From Blasia pusilla (Eukaryota): DNA of 64,000 nt. The position numbers and the translations under genes were made by a program. The stretch covers positions 46,686,001 to 46,750,000 of the forward strand of contig CM114271.1 in the NCBI GenBank assembly GCA_050084515.1, written 5' to 3'. The notes under the pieces were generated by a model that did not search any database, had not been told where the DNA came from, and was given only the letters and a program-made list of their open reading frames with translations. Positions 29,151-40,712 of the stretch are shown here, piece by piece (the first letter of the stretch is position 1; each line of letters starts with the position of its first letter).

Positions 29151-29286
29151 TGTCGTGCGCATACATATCGCTACACAACATACATCGTTGGTCACATCTA
29201 CGCCACACAACACCGATCTTCCCCACACACGGGTCGATCCACACATGTACAAAAATCAACTCATACATATACATGGAGATCACACA
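29151..29286. repeat. Repeat A (136 bp), direct repeat of 29770-29905
   Basis: TGTCGTGCGCATACATATCGCTACAC...GGAGATCACACA versus TGTCATGCGCATACATATCGCTACAC...GGAGATCACACA. Confidence 0.95.
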
Positions 29287-29288
29287 AC

Positions 29289-29767
29289 AAAAATAAAGAG
29301 TAGTAAAAATGACACACCCGGCCTAAACTCCACTCCTCAATCTACACCGGCATATCGAGCCTCGTCCACCCTGTGTTATCAAGGAATCCGGATGCTAGCA
29401 CCCTAGTCCTATCTCACACACATACAAGGGAGGTGCTCCAACGACCCAACATGAGAAAGATGGCTTAGGAAAGCCATCTTCCTCTCTTATATAGGGTTGG
29501 GAAGAGCCAAAAGGCTTTTCCCCTAAAAATAGCCCTCCCCTTGATAACCTGCGCGCACAGGTTACCAAGGGCGGGTGACCTGGTCAACAAGTCATCTGGC
29601 TGTAAAAGACCTCAACATGAAAGTTGTCAGAAACGACGTTCCTGACGCAATGGACCTATTCTCAATCTCATCCGACACTGTGGGACAAAGTTACAATGAA
29701 GATAGTCCGCTGGCTTCTACGCCCTATCCACGATAGATCTCGGCCTATCGGTTACTCAGATGTGACA
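29289..29767. repeat. Repeat B (~479 bp), direct repeat of 37948-38426
   Basis: AAAAATAAAGAGTAGT...TCAGATGTGACA in both copies. This copy lacks the first TGT. Confidence 0.95.
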
Positions 29768-29769
29768 GC

Positions 29770-29905
29770 TGTCATGCGCATACATATCGCTACACAACAT
29801 ACATCGCTGATCACATCTACACCATACAACACCGATCTTCCCCACACACGGGTCGATCCACACATGTACAAAAATCAACTTATACATATACATGGAGATC
29901 ACACA
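29770..29905. repeat. Repeat A', directly downstream (minus strand) of the PPT AGGGGGGCGAT
   Basis: Second copy of A. Minus strand reads ...CTAGGGGGGCGAT|TGTGTGATC. Confidence 0.93.
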
Positions 29906-29983
29906 ATCGCCCCCCTAGTTGGCACTTGGATCCCCCCAACTCCAGATAGAAAATATCACATCTCTCTGACATGACCTACTACC

Positions 29984-30145
29984 CTATACACATCTCGAAC
30001 ACATCCATCGTCCCGTGGGAACCACATCAAGAGGGGGGGTCAGACATGACATATGCCACCCTCGAGAACAACCATCACATACCAACATGGTGGCTGCACC
30101 CCTCGCAGATCCGCACAACATACACCTCAAGCCTGCATGTACCAT
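29984..30145 (-). pseudogene. PHD finger at the C-terminus of integrase
   Basis: CMLCGSARGAATMLVCDGCSRGWHMSCLTPPLDVVPTGRWMCSRC is a complete C4-H-C3 PHD with the conserved W before the last Cys pair. Confidence 0.93.
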
Positions 30146-30325
30146 TGCCAAGCTCGGATCCACCGTCCCATCTACGTTCGGAAGATGACATGGCGCACAA
30201 TTGCGCACATGATCCTTCCAAACCATACAATCCCGTTCCTCCAACATGAGGACTCCGGTTGGTAATACCTCGCGCACACATAGGATCGTGCGCCCCGCAG
30301 TGACATCTAGCGTCGTGGGTACCGC

Positions 30326-33056
30326 CTACTGTAAATACACGTAATCTCCACGATGAAACCTCCTAATCCCTGGACGATAACCTCCTCCACGAATGGTCGC
30401 GTACCTCAATGTATCTCTATGCGAGGCAGTAGCTAAGTTCTCAAAGGCCATAGGCATAACTCTACGAAAAACTTTTGCCCTCTGAGAACATGCTTGTACC
30501 CACACATCTGGATCATCAAGATCTAACACCTCCGCCATGTCACGTCGAATCGCTGTAGGTAAATCTGGCTCTCTCCCAAAGAGCAAAACGTACGGTGAAA
30601 ATGACGACAAGGATGCCTGTCGACTAAAGCGATAACGCATAGCCAACCATAGCAACTGTAGATCCCACTCCCTCAACTGTCCCCGCCGCAAGCCATACTT
30701 GCGCAATCCTCTCTTCATCGTCTGTACCACTCTCTCCGCCAACCCATCCGCCTCAGGATGATCTCTGGACGTGGTGCGGTGATCTATCAGCGCCTTATCA
30801 CATAAGGCCTGAAACTCTCCCCTGAACTCGGTACCCTGGTCAGTCAACACCTCCGCCGGTGCACCAAAGTGACTAAGCACACGATCTAGAAACGCATAAG
30901 TTGTTCCCTTGCTCACCTTGTCTGGTAGTGCCACCAACTCTATCCACTTGGAGAAATGCTCCACCATGACCAACACGTACCTATGATGACGTCCCGTCAA
31001 TGGCAAAGGTCCCGCAAAGTCTAAACTCCACCGATAACCTAAACCTATAATCGGCAAAGGATGTAACTGCGGAGTGGGAGCATTGAAGGATGCTCGACTC
31101 TGTCACATACCATACATCCGCCACAAACCGCTGTACCCCAATATGCATGCCGCGCCACCAAAAGATTGAACCCGAGTAAGTGTAAACGCTTTACTCCGAA
31201 ATGTCCCAACTCCTCATGGGCATGTCGTACTACACGTGCTTGCTGGGAAGGATGAGGTACCACTCGTATCTTACCATCTCCCCATACCCGCAAAATGTGA
31301 GTCTCCTCCCCCCGAACCTCTTGGCTCTCTCAGAGGATCCGATCCGCTCCCTAGCACTCATGACTCGCAATGACGCCGGTGCGCAAGAACTCCACAACCT
31401 CCATGTCGTCATGGATATCACGACCACCACCGCCTCCTCACTAACCTCCGGATCCAAAGACTCATCATCCAACCCCACCACCGAGTCATCACCGCGGGTG
31501 ACCGCCATAGTCAACCAACAAAGATAGGCAGATGCATGCCAACCGGGCACCATCTCCTCATCACTCTCTCCGTGCCATCGAGCTCTTGTGTCGTCTCTCT
31601 GACTCGGACATGGGTTACGACTCAACCCATCCGCATCCTAGTTCAGCCGACCTAGCCTATGAACCACCTCCAAACTCATACTCATGTAGTAATAGAGCCC
31701 ACCTCGCAAGCTTTCCTGTAAGCTTGTCGGACTCCATCAACCACCTCAACGGCTGATGATCAGTGATAAGTGTGAAAGGGTTGCCGAATAAATAGCACCT
31801 GAAATGTGCCACGGCCCACAATGCAGCCAAGCACTCTCCCTTGTAGGAGCTGTACTTTGCCTCTGCAATGTTGTTCGATCCGCTCGCGTAAGCCACAACG
31901 AACTCCCTCTCCTCATCATCCCTCTGAGTAAGCACTGCTCCTAGACCCAACATGCTCCAATCCGTATGTAACTGGAATGGGCGACCCCTAACCGGTCTTT
32001 GTAAAATGGGTGAGGACGTCAACCTGTCCTTGAGCTCCTGAAATGCTCGCTCTTGATCATCTCCCCACAACCAAACCTAATCAAGTCTCGTCAACAAGGT
32101 CAAAGACTTTGCGATCGCACTAAAACCCTTGACATACCGTCGATAGAAGTTTGCCAGTCCAAGAAATGCTCGAACTCGACTCACATCTGTAGGGCGTGGA
32201 ATCTACGCAATAGCCTCTACCTTCGTCTGCTGAACGCCTAACTCACTCGGGTATATGGTGTGTCCCAAGTACTCAATCTGCTCCTGAAAGAATCTGCACT
32301 TGGCTGGATGTAACTTCAGTCCATGTAACTGCGATCTCCGAAACACCTCCTCCAAGTGTCGCTCATGCTCCTCAACTGTGGAACTGAAGATAAGAATATC
32401 ATCTATGTAACATTGTACAAAATCCAAGCCAGCCAGTATCCTATCCATCACTCTCTAAAACTCTGCAGGCACGTTCTTCAACCCAAATGGTAAGAACCAC
32501 CACTGATACAAGAAATCTCTCCCGAATCGATCTATCCCCCAGAATGTTGTCTTCTCCGTGTCCTCCAACCTGATAGGAAGCTGATGATAGCCAAAGATGG
32601 AGATCTAAAAAGCATCAAGATCTTTGCATGCCCTACCGCATCAAAGATCTCCTCAGGAGTAGGCATGGCGTACCGATCTGACCTCGTCTGTCGGTTGATA
32701 GGACGGTAATCTCCACACATCCGCCTATCCGTCCAATTGCCATACATATCCTTCTTTGCCGGCATGACTGTGGCAGATGCATACTCCCCATGTGATAACT
32801 CCACAAGTCGTGCCTCCAACAAGTCCTGACTCCTGCTCTAAATCAAGGCTCGCTCCATATCAGAATACCTGTAGGGTCGACATTTAAAGATCGGCGTATC
32901 ACTAGCCAACTCAATCCGTATCCCGGGACCCTTCTGCGTACCCAAGTCTCTCATACTGAAGGCAAAACAACTGACATGCCCTCTCAGAAACCTATGAACT
33001 CGCCGTCGCTCTCCTCCTATCAACTTGAGACCTATCACAGGCTCCCAAGTCTCCAT
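30326..33056 (-). pseudogene. RT, RNase H and integrase of the MTase-Gypsy (fragmented)
   Basis: RT: YASATVMPAKKD..RMCGDYRPIN, YIDD. RH: LHTDWS..GLGAVL, ECLA..WAVAHFRCYL, TDHQPL. IN: HAHEELGHFG..CMVC, SLDFAGP, LTDQGTEF, GLAERVVQ. Confidence 0.93.
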
Positions 33057-33369
33057 CGTGACCTCACTCGGAGAGGACGCAACCTCCGCCTTTGGTTGCT
33101 ATGTAGCAACCCTAGCCACCTCCGCAACAACCACTCCACTCTGACCTCCTACACCATGCTCCACATCCTAAAAATGAACATGTGCTACTCTAGCCGCCTT
33201 CGCACTCTCTGCTTGAACGACGTCCCAGGAAGTCCATGGGTGCCTATCTCTCCTCGTCTCGCCCCCAGCCAATGCCTATACAGACCCTATAGGCAATGGT
33301 CCAACTCATGGATGTGATGGCATGGATGACACTCGCATCCGTCTGTGCTCAGCCATACCTAGGCTGACT

Positions 33370-34320
33370 ATCCATGTGAGACAGTTGAGGTCCATCGCCT
33401 GCCCCAACACCTGTCTCCGGGATGCCTCAGTCATCCCTGGCACCGCCGTAGTACCGGTAGTGAACCCCATGGCGCGCTCGCGCTCATCTGCTGTAGGCTC
33501 CTCCAATGCTCTGGTCACCTCATCCCAAATCATGCCTAGCCCTCCCTGAGGAAAGGCACGGGATGCTGGGAAGCTCACCAACGTAGGTAAGGCTGCCCTC
33601 AACTCCCCCACCCTATTGGCCATGGCCAATGGTGGTCTATCATCCCGTGTCACCACCTGAGATCGATGCCCTAAGCCGAAAATAGCATCCACTGTGAGAT
33701 GTGGTGCTCTTTGGACTCCACCGTATGCTTGACGTGGAGTGACATATCATGACGTATCATGTTCGTCCACCACAGTCGTGGACGATGGGCACGTGACCCA
33801 ACTCTCGCTGCATCTAACAACACAGCAGGTCCCAACTAGGACCTCACCTGATATACACTCGTCATCACACGTGCACGAGTGTCCATTGGAGAACATGCCG
33901 GCATGTTCTCCAAAATGTACGTTGGAGAACAAATGTGACTCTCCTGCAAGTGTCGTACTACTTACAGCATCTCCCAAAACATCCCTGACCTCGGATTCTG
34001 CAATCCAAATCCTCGGCCAGCTGATGAATGATCCTGACATGGCCATCCAACAATCACCAAATGAATGGTGCCAACTCTATGCATATCCTGTGCCCCCACC
34101 AAAGAGATGTCGGCGGGTAGCGTATGCTGATATCCCCGTACTGCAGATACCAGCAACAACTCAGGATACCTTTGGACCAATCTCGCCACGTGACGTAATG
34201 ATACTCGCCGCGCGGTCTCATCTCTCTCCACATAAAGGTACTGATGCACCCGTATGCCCGCCTGCAATAGTGCAACCAATCCGGTGCTAATCCCTTCAAA
34301 GAGATCTAACACCCTAACAC
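33370..34320 (-). pseudogene. C5 cytosine DNA methyltransferase domain, DNMT3-like (disrupted)
   Basis: Motifs in linear order: I RVLDLFEGISTG; II YVERD; IV GWPCQD; VI YILENM (~33900-33920); VIII LDAARVGSRAHRPRLWWTN (~33760-33815); IX ERERAMGF..GTT; X RRQVLGQAM. Confidence 0.9.
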
Positions 34321-34701
34321 CCTCCTCTGGGCATTGCCACACAACAGGTGTGGTATCCAGTGGGGTCAACCTCTCCACTCCAAGAGCCCGATCGCCATGT
34401 GACTCTTGCTGCTCTGGGATAAAAACATGACTCCACGCCTGCCTCACGAGGTCGTCGGCACTCCTCTGTAGCTCTCGAGTCGTACCCCACAATGGTGAAG
34501 AGGCCTCGCCAACATGGGAAGAGACACCCGCCATGGCTTGTCTCTCCGTGGGACTATCCGCTACTGGGACATCCTCCGCATGTGCGTTCTCCTCCAACTA
34601 CTCTCCTGGCCAACTAACACTACTTGTGAAAGTTGCCAACGTGGTCACAGACTCGCCTCGTGATCGACCACCTCGTCCCGCAAACTGCACGGGTAACTGA
34701 C

Positions 34702-35118
34702 TCATCTGGCCAGGATGGCAGTTAGGTGACGGCCAGGATGGACATCACCTAACCGCCATCCTGGCCGATAAGCAACGGTCTCCTCCCAGAAGTCAATGAT
34801 GAATCCTAGGGGATATAACACTGTACTCCCCACCAACACATCGTACGACTCAACTGGTGTCTTAATCGCACGTGTGCGCACCATAGCACTATCCGTCACA
34901 TGCTCTGGCTAGACTCTGACAACAATCTCCTGTCGAGTCATATACTGAGTGGGTGATACGCCCCCAATCGAGGTCTGTATCTGGAAGGGACAAGGCTCAA
35001 TGTCGGCCTTCCGTAACCCCAACGCTAAACACGCCGCCTTCCCTAACATCAAGGGTTGCGCTCCCGAATCAAGTAGGACATGCTGCGGGTGATATACTGT
35101 CACCGTCGGACTAACCAA
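34702..35118 (-). pseudogene. Retroviral-type aspartic protease
   Basis: VLLDSGAQPLMLG ... YDVLVG, with one in-frame stop at 34909-34911. Confidence 0.8.
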
Positions 35119-35985
35119 GCAAAATACTCAAGCTCGGTTATCCAGTAACACTACTCCAGGTGTCACCACTGCTCGTTCTATGGCCAGTCGAGCTGGCATA
35201 TCTACCAACTTCGCCGCCGCCGCATGCCATGACTCTGTGGGGAACGTCCCAAGCACCGGCTCTGAGGGCAAGTCCACCACCTTCTCAACTACCTTTGAAC
35301 AAGAAGCAATCATCTCTCCACGCTCACACAACATGGCGGCCAACCGGAATACCTCAGCTGGTCCAACCCCCAACGTCGCCAACTCTATGGCGGAAAATAG
35401 CGGAGTCTGACTCACTCTGGTGGCCACCTCCAACACTATGGTCGACACTGACTCCACTCGAGCCGGCATAGGAGTTGTCACTCCAACTCCTCGTGACGTC
35501 GACGTGGAGTGTGCCGAATCAGAGGCACTTTGCTGGTCGTCGAGGCACCATCGATGGTGTGTGTAGTGCCTCCGACAATGTGAACGACTGTGGAACCCTG
35601 GCCTGCCGCCCATTGGTCCCCTCTGGTGGATCAATCTCAACTCCACCTCTCGATGGCTCGGTGCCTCTCGTAGCACCCCGAGTCACCACTGCAGCTGCCT
35701 CAACCTGGGCTACACTACACATAAATCCCATACTGGCGAGATCCTCACCCGGGTCAGGGTAAGAGGTAGAAGTTGGAGTCACACTAGCTGCTCGCAGTTC
35801 TGTGCCTTCCCTAAGCTGCATCATCGTCATGGCAGCAATCCTTGGCTCCAGCCGATCGATGCATGAGAGAAGTGCCGGTTCTGGTGCTCCTGCTCCATCT
35901 CCTCTGGCTGGTGGTGGTCCTCTACCACCACGTCCAGGAAAAACTCCCCGACCTCCTCTAGGACGACCGCCCCCAGGCCCTCGGC

Positions 35986-37065
35986 CTACCTCTGGACGTG
36001 CCCCTCAGCAAAGGTCAAAACATCTATCCCTAGTGTGACCATATATGTGGCAATGGTCACATTGGTGCTCTGGTGGGGCCATCCTCTGTGGCTCCTGAGA
36101 AATCGGAGGCACTGGTGGCCCTCTCCCATGCTGAGGGCAGTCTCTCTGCCTATGGGCCCCTCCACACGTCCAACAAGACCACATCGGTCCCTGCTGGGCA
36201 ACATATGTAGGTACGGTCGTTGCCTCATAGGCTCACGGTACCCGCCCCGCTCTCTAGGCACACATTGGCCCGCTCCCATGGTATCGGTGCTTCTTGTGGG
36301 TGGGCACTGTGGGGTCACCGTCGCTCGTGGACCCGTCAACTCTCGAGAAAATCCAGCGGTCACTACCTGCTCCTCACTCATGTTGAGCTCAATATGCTCA
36401 GACAACTCAAAGACCACCTTCAATGTGGGCTTCACTGTGTGAATCAACACCACATCTCGGACTCTCCTCCGTAGTTCTCGGTCCAGAACCCCGTACCAAT
36501 ACTGGACCGGCTGTGCCTCAGTCACTCCAAACGTAGCAATGATCAACCTCCTCATGCGCGTGAATGCCTCTCTCCGACTCTCACCCGATCGTCGCTGAAA
36601 ATCCTGTAGACTCTTTAGCTTGTCGGTGCGTACGCCCTGGTAGCTCTTCCCCAACTGTCGGAAGAACTCCACTATGGGGCTAAAGCTGGGTGGCCCTCTA
36701 CCACCAGAGGTCTCTGCCACATCGCCTGTCTCACTGCCCTCCTCTCCATCTAGTCTCCGGGCTGATGGTGTGGGTCTCTCTCCTCTCACAATCCCATCAT
36801 ATGCCTCGCGACCACTAGTGGACAGATACCCTGGAGCCCAATACATCCTCCAAGCATCGATCTCTAATGAATATAGTGATCGAAACTCCATGTAGTCATC
36901 CATCGGAGGACCCTCCAAGTGCTGGAACAACCCCTTCCATGCCATGAAAGGGTTGAACCGTGTCGGGGTCCGTATCTCCTGGAAGTCGCACCATGTGTCG
37001 AACTCCTGGATAAAATCATCTAAGTCGATGGTGCCCACTACACCATGTTGTCCATCTCCTGCCAA
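35986..37065 (-). pseudogene. Gag with two zinc knuckles in a shifted frame
   Basis: 359-aa ORF at the 5' end of the element. An alternative frame gives CWTCGGAHRQRDC (~36140-36175) and CDHCHIYGHTRDRC (~36020-36061). Confidence 0.8.
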
Positions 37066-37947
37066 GTACTACTGTCTCTGTGTGTGATCTCGTCACCAGA
37101 CCCTGTGTCCAATGATGACGAGCCAGCCACAGATGGATGTCAAGGTAGCTCCTCACTGGTAACCCCTCGGTATCTCACTCCACTCCGTGTCACACCACTA
37201 CTACTGCTCGCACTACCCTGTTCTTCCAAACCCTAGAAGAACGCCGTGATGACAAACCCTGTCTCACCCGCTCAAGCACTCAGACTCACCGAGAGTCTCC
37301 CACACGCCTCACTAGCTCACCTATGCTAACATCAATCCCATGATGACATACCCGGCCTCACGCACGCTCAACACTCGGGCTCACCATGAGCCTCCCAACT
37401 GACTCACCTAACCTAGCGACACTCTCTTGGGTCATACACATGACCCCTACTTGGCAACCGCCGTATATCCACCAACATGCTACAGACGAAAAGAATCTAC
37501 ACTCGTCACCATCACTGCACCCACCTAGCACCAGCTACTACCCGATACCGAGCACTCTCAATCACACACGACAAGTGCGAGAAAAGGGATGCGCGGAGGG
37601 GGGGAGGGGGCGCGCCGTCACCGCCCGCCGTCTGTCCGCGACCGCTGACCTAAACGCCCGTTAGCGCCCCCGGCGGCTGCAAGCCCTAACTCTCTTTTCT
37701 TCTCTGTCTCGACACCCACACTCGCGTACACCCGACGCTCCACCGCACATTACACTCGGCTGCTGTCCCGCGTCAATCCGTACCAGCAAAATCTGAGAAA
37801 AATGGACAGCGCTTCCGCCCACGGCCTTCCAAACAGAAAAATGACAAACACCCGCAACACACGCGTCTCCAAGGGCTCTTGACCAAGGCAACTCACTTGC
37901 CTACCTGCAAACAAGGAATTCCCACCAGCCCCCTGACATCTTTCTCA

Positions 37948-38426
37948 TGTAAAAATAAAGAGTAGTAAAAATGGCACACCCGGCCTAAAACTCCACTCCT
38001 CAATCTACATCTGCATATCGAGCCTCGTCCACCCTGTGCTATCAAGGAATCCGGACGCTAGCACCCTAGTCCTATCTCACACACATACAAGGGAGGTGCT
38101 CCAACGGCCCAACATGAGAAAGATGGCTTAGGAAAGCCATCTTCCTCTCTTATATAGGGTTGGGAAGAGCCAAAAGGCTCTTCCCCTAAAAATAGCCCTC
38201 CCCTTGGTAACCTACGCGCACAGGTTGACCTGGTCAACCTGGTCAACAAGTCACCCGGCTGTAAAAGACCTCAACATGAAAGTTGTCAGAAACAACGTTC
38301 CTGACACAATGGACCTATCCTCAACCTCATCCGACACTGTGGGACAAAGTTACACTCAAGATAGTCCGCTTGCTCCTACGCCCTATCCACGATAGATCTC
38401 GGCCTATCGATTACTCAGATGTGACA
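37948..38426. repeat. Repeat B' (5' terminal repeat) with minus-strand TATA box at 38150-38156
   Basis: TGTAAAAATAAAG...GATGTGACA. Minus strand reads TATATAA..25 nt..ATCTTTCTCA. Confidence 0.93.
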
Positions 38427-38953
38427 AGTTCAACGACGCTTCTTCTAATTCGTCCTACTTAGGGCATGTCATGGGGAGCCTTTGGCATCTCCCATCCAAT
38501 TCCTTGGGATGTTCTGTGGAAAATGCCCGTCGTGTCCAACAGTGTATACAGCGAGATACGCACACTATGTGTTGCATAATCGTACATATAGATTGGTGAA
38601 GAACTCGCGTTGATCCACAGAATGCATGCCAACCATTTGTAGGATATCGTAGCAAATACATATGGACCATCCCAGAGTTGATTGTCTCCTCCCGGTACAC
38701 ACAAGTGCGGAAGAGTTCACGTCTAGCTAGGTATGAGAGGCGCATGTTTGTCATCTTGGGAGTCATTTTTCATGTTTGCAATTAGTTTATGAGTCCACTT
38801 CATACAAGTCATTTGCAAAATATTTGCGAGCCTAATGCGAGTTGACACTAGTTTGCGACTGTTCCTAATTTTTCATGTAAGTTGCAAGTCTTGTGTATTT
38901 GCGAGTCCAAAGAGACGCAAAAGACTTGACACATCACATTGAGATTTGCAAGT

Positions 38954-39119
38954 TTTCATGCGCATACACATCGCTACAAGTTTTCTCTATATATCTCTTA
39001 ATAAGACAAAATGAAGGGGAAACGCCTCAACAGGTCATCCTTAATCTCCTAAGGTTGTCTTCCCATATCCTTGAAGGTGCTCCACCAAAACTTGTCGATC
39101 TATCCTTAAAGATGTGACA
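38954..39119. mobile_element. Short relic with an A-like left end and a B-like right end
   Basis: Starts TTTCATGCGCATACACATCGCTACA (cf. A' start) and ends GATCTATCCTTAAAGATGTGACA (cf. B end). Confidence 0.55.
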
Positions 39120-40712
39120 GAATGTACCTCGTAAATTACTTGCAAAATGCAAGCAAACACACTTGCAAACAACAAAACCTTAGCCATAAATTTTGTAATG
39201 GCCTCCAAACCTCTATTTTCCCTTCTCCTCCCAACTTTTCAAGACTCCTCTCCTCACTTTGCAACTAGTTTCTTTCTTTAGAGGAGCTAAGTCTTGAATT
39301 TTTTTGGTATGGTTTTTTTTTGGATGTTCAAGGATATGTAGATGAATTAACTTCATAGTATTAGATTTTTTTTCAAAAATTATTATTTCTAAAGTACAAG
39401 AAATGAAGGATACCAAAAAAAAGAAAGCAAAGGCATCTCAGAGAAGAAACTAGAAGGAGCCAAAGCCCTTGTGAAAATGTGTTTCATAGTCCCAAAAATG
39501 AGTCCAAACTAACCAAAAGAGGAGAAGAAAACAAATGCTTTGCGATTGTAGAAGACCATTACTTGGACTCTTTGCTTTGCAATTGCTTTGTGAATATCTT
39601 GCGAGTGAGTTGGAAGTCAATTTTTGTGACTATCAAAAGTTGGAAGAACTGTAAAGTACTCATAAAGCTAGAAAAAAAACATCATTTTTTTACGAGCACG
39701 TTGTGAGCCTTCTGCAACAAAACTACTAGTATATTGCAAGAGTAATTTGTGAGTACAAGACTCATAATTTTGAAAAAATTCAAGTCCTATGAAAATTATA
39801 CTATGTCTATACTACTACTAAGTTGTGTCTACTACGACTCGCAAAATGGCTACAAATGTAGTAGTAGAACCATGAATATGCGTATTTTATCCAACATGGT
39901 GTTCTAGGCCGAATTCGTCTTGAACACATTTATATTGATCAAGAGCCGCTTGCAATCGGACAAGTTGAGTCTTGTACCCACTATTCCAAACTATCAACCT
40001 TAGTTTTGCAATGATCTCCAGTGTAGGCAAAAAATCTAAATACATGAGTGCAAGGGCAAGATAGTTTTTTTTTCCAATGGCCCTGCAAGCATGTAAAACG
40101 CATGGGTTGAATTTTTTTGTTGCTTGATGGATTTGTATTGGATCTACAAAATCTCTAAAAGAAGAGTCCATTTTAGCTTGGTAAATATGTAAAAAGAGAA
40201 AGTTTTTGGTAAGTTTGAAAGTTGTGAAGTCTTTTTCTAAGTTGCATCCTCAGTTTTTTTGGATATAAAAGATAGCACGAACGCCTTGGTCATCAATCTA
40301 TGATGCCCATATAAGACCAAGGGGGAAATTTTTTGTCTATTTTTAATTAAGTTCTTAGAGAAGGTAGGATCATAAAGGGGAAATAATTGAATTGTGAGGT
40401 GGGCTACATCTCTTATAGAAATAATCTTAAAGATGTTGAGATTTGTAGCTTATTACCAAAATTACCATGGGGAGAAAATTAAATTGTGAAGTTATTCATG
40501 ATTTTTTTGGAAATCAGAATTCTTTGCATAGGAATATATGGTAAGAACTTATAGGGGTAGTTCACCCTGTCATATCTCTTGTAGTTGAATGAAGAGTTTT
40601 CGCCCAATGTTTTGGGGGAAAGAAGATATCAGGCCTAGTAAGTCACAGATGATTTATTGAGGAGTAGGGTAGTCTATAAGGGCAAGTTTCCTTTTGGTTT
40701 GACCCCTTTTAG

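Larger units (their letters stand above)
29151..38426 (-). mobile_element. Ty3/Gypsy retrotransposon encoding a DNMT3-like methyltransferase and a PHD finger, with split direct repeats; ORFs disrupted
   Basis: TGTC..GACA termini with AGTT on both flanks (29147-29150, 38427-38430). Minus-strand order is gag-PR-MTase-RT-RH-IN-PHD. Repeats are A (29151-29286), B (29289-29767), A' (29770-29905) and B' (37948-38426). Confidence 0.93.

Noticed and set aside
33370-34320. Methyltransferase as a host DRM/DNMT3 gene or a bacterial contaminant
   Set aside because: It is intronless, collinear with pol between PR and RT, inside TSD-bounded termini, and repeated in a second TE relic.
34909-34911. TAG at the same protease position in both the MTase-Gypsy and its relic (~5474-5476), suggesting programmed readthrough
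   Set aside because: It lies mid-protease. Independent CAG>TAG deamination at a methylated CHG site, or shared ancestry of a dead copy, is the simpler explanation.
29151-38426. Classification as a DIRS/Ngaro/PAT element because of the split repeats
   Set aside because: It encodes an aspartic protease and an HHCC-DDE integrase, has a TSD, and I saw no tyrosine recombinase motifs.
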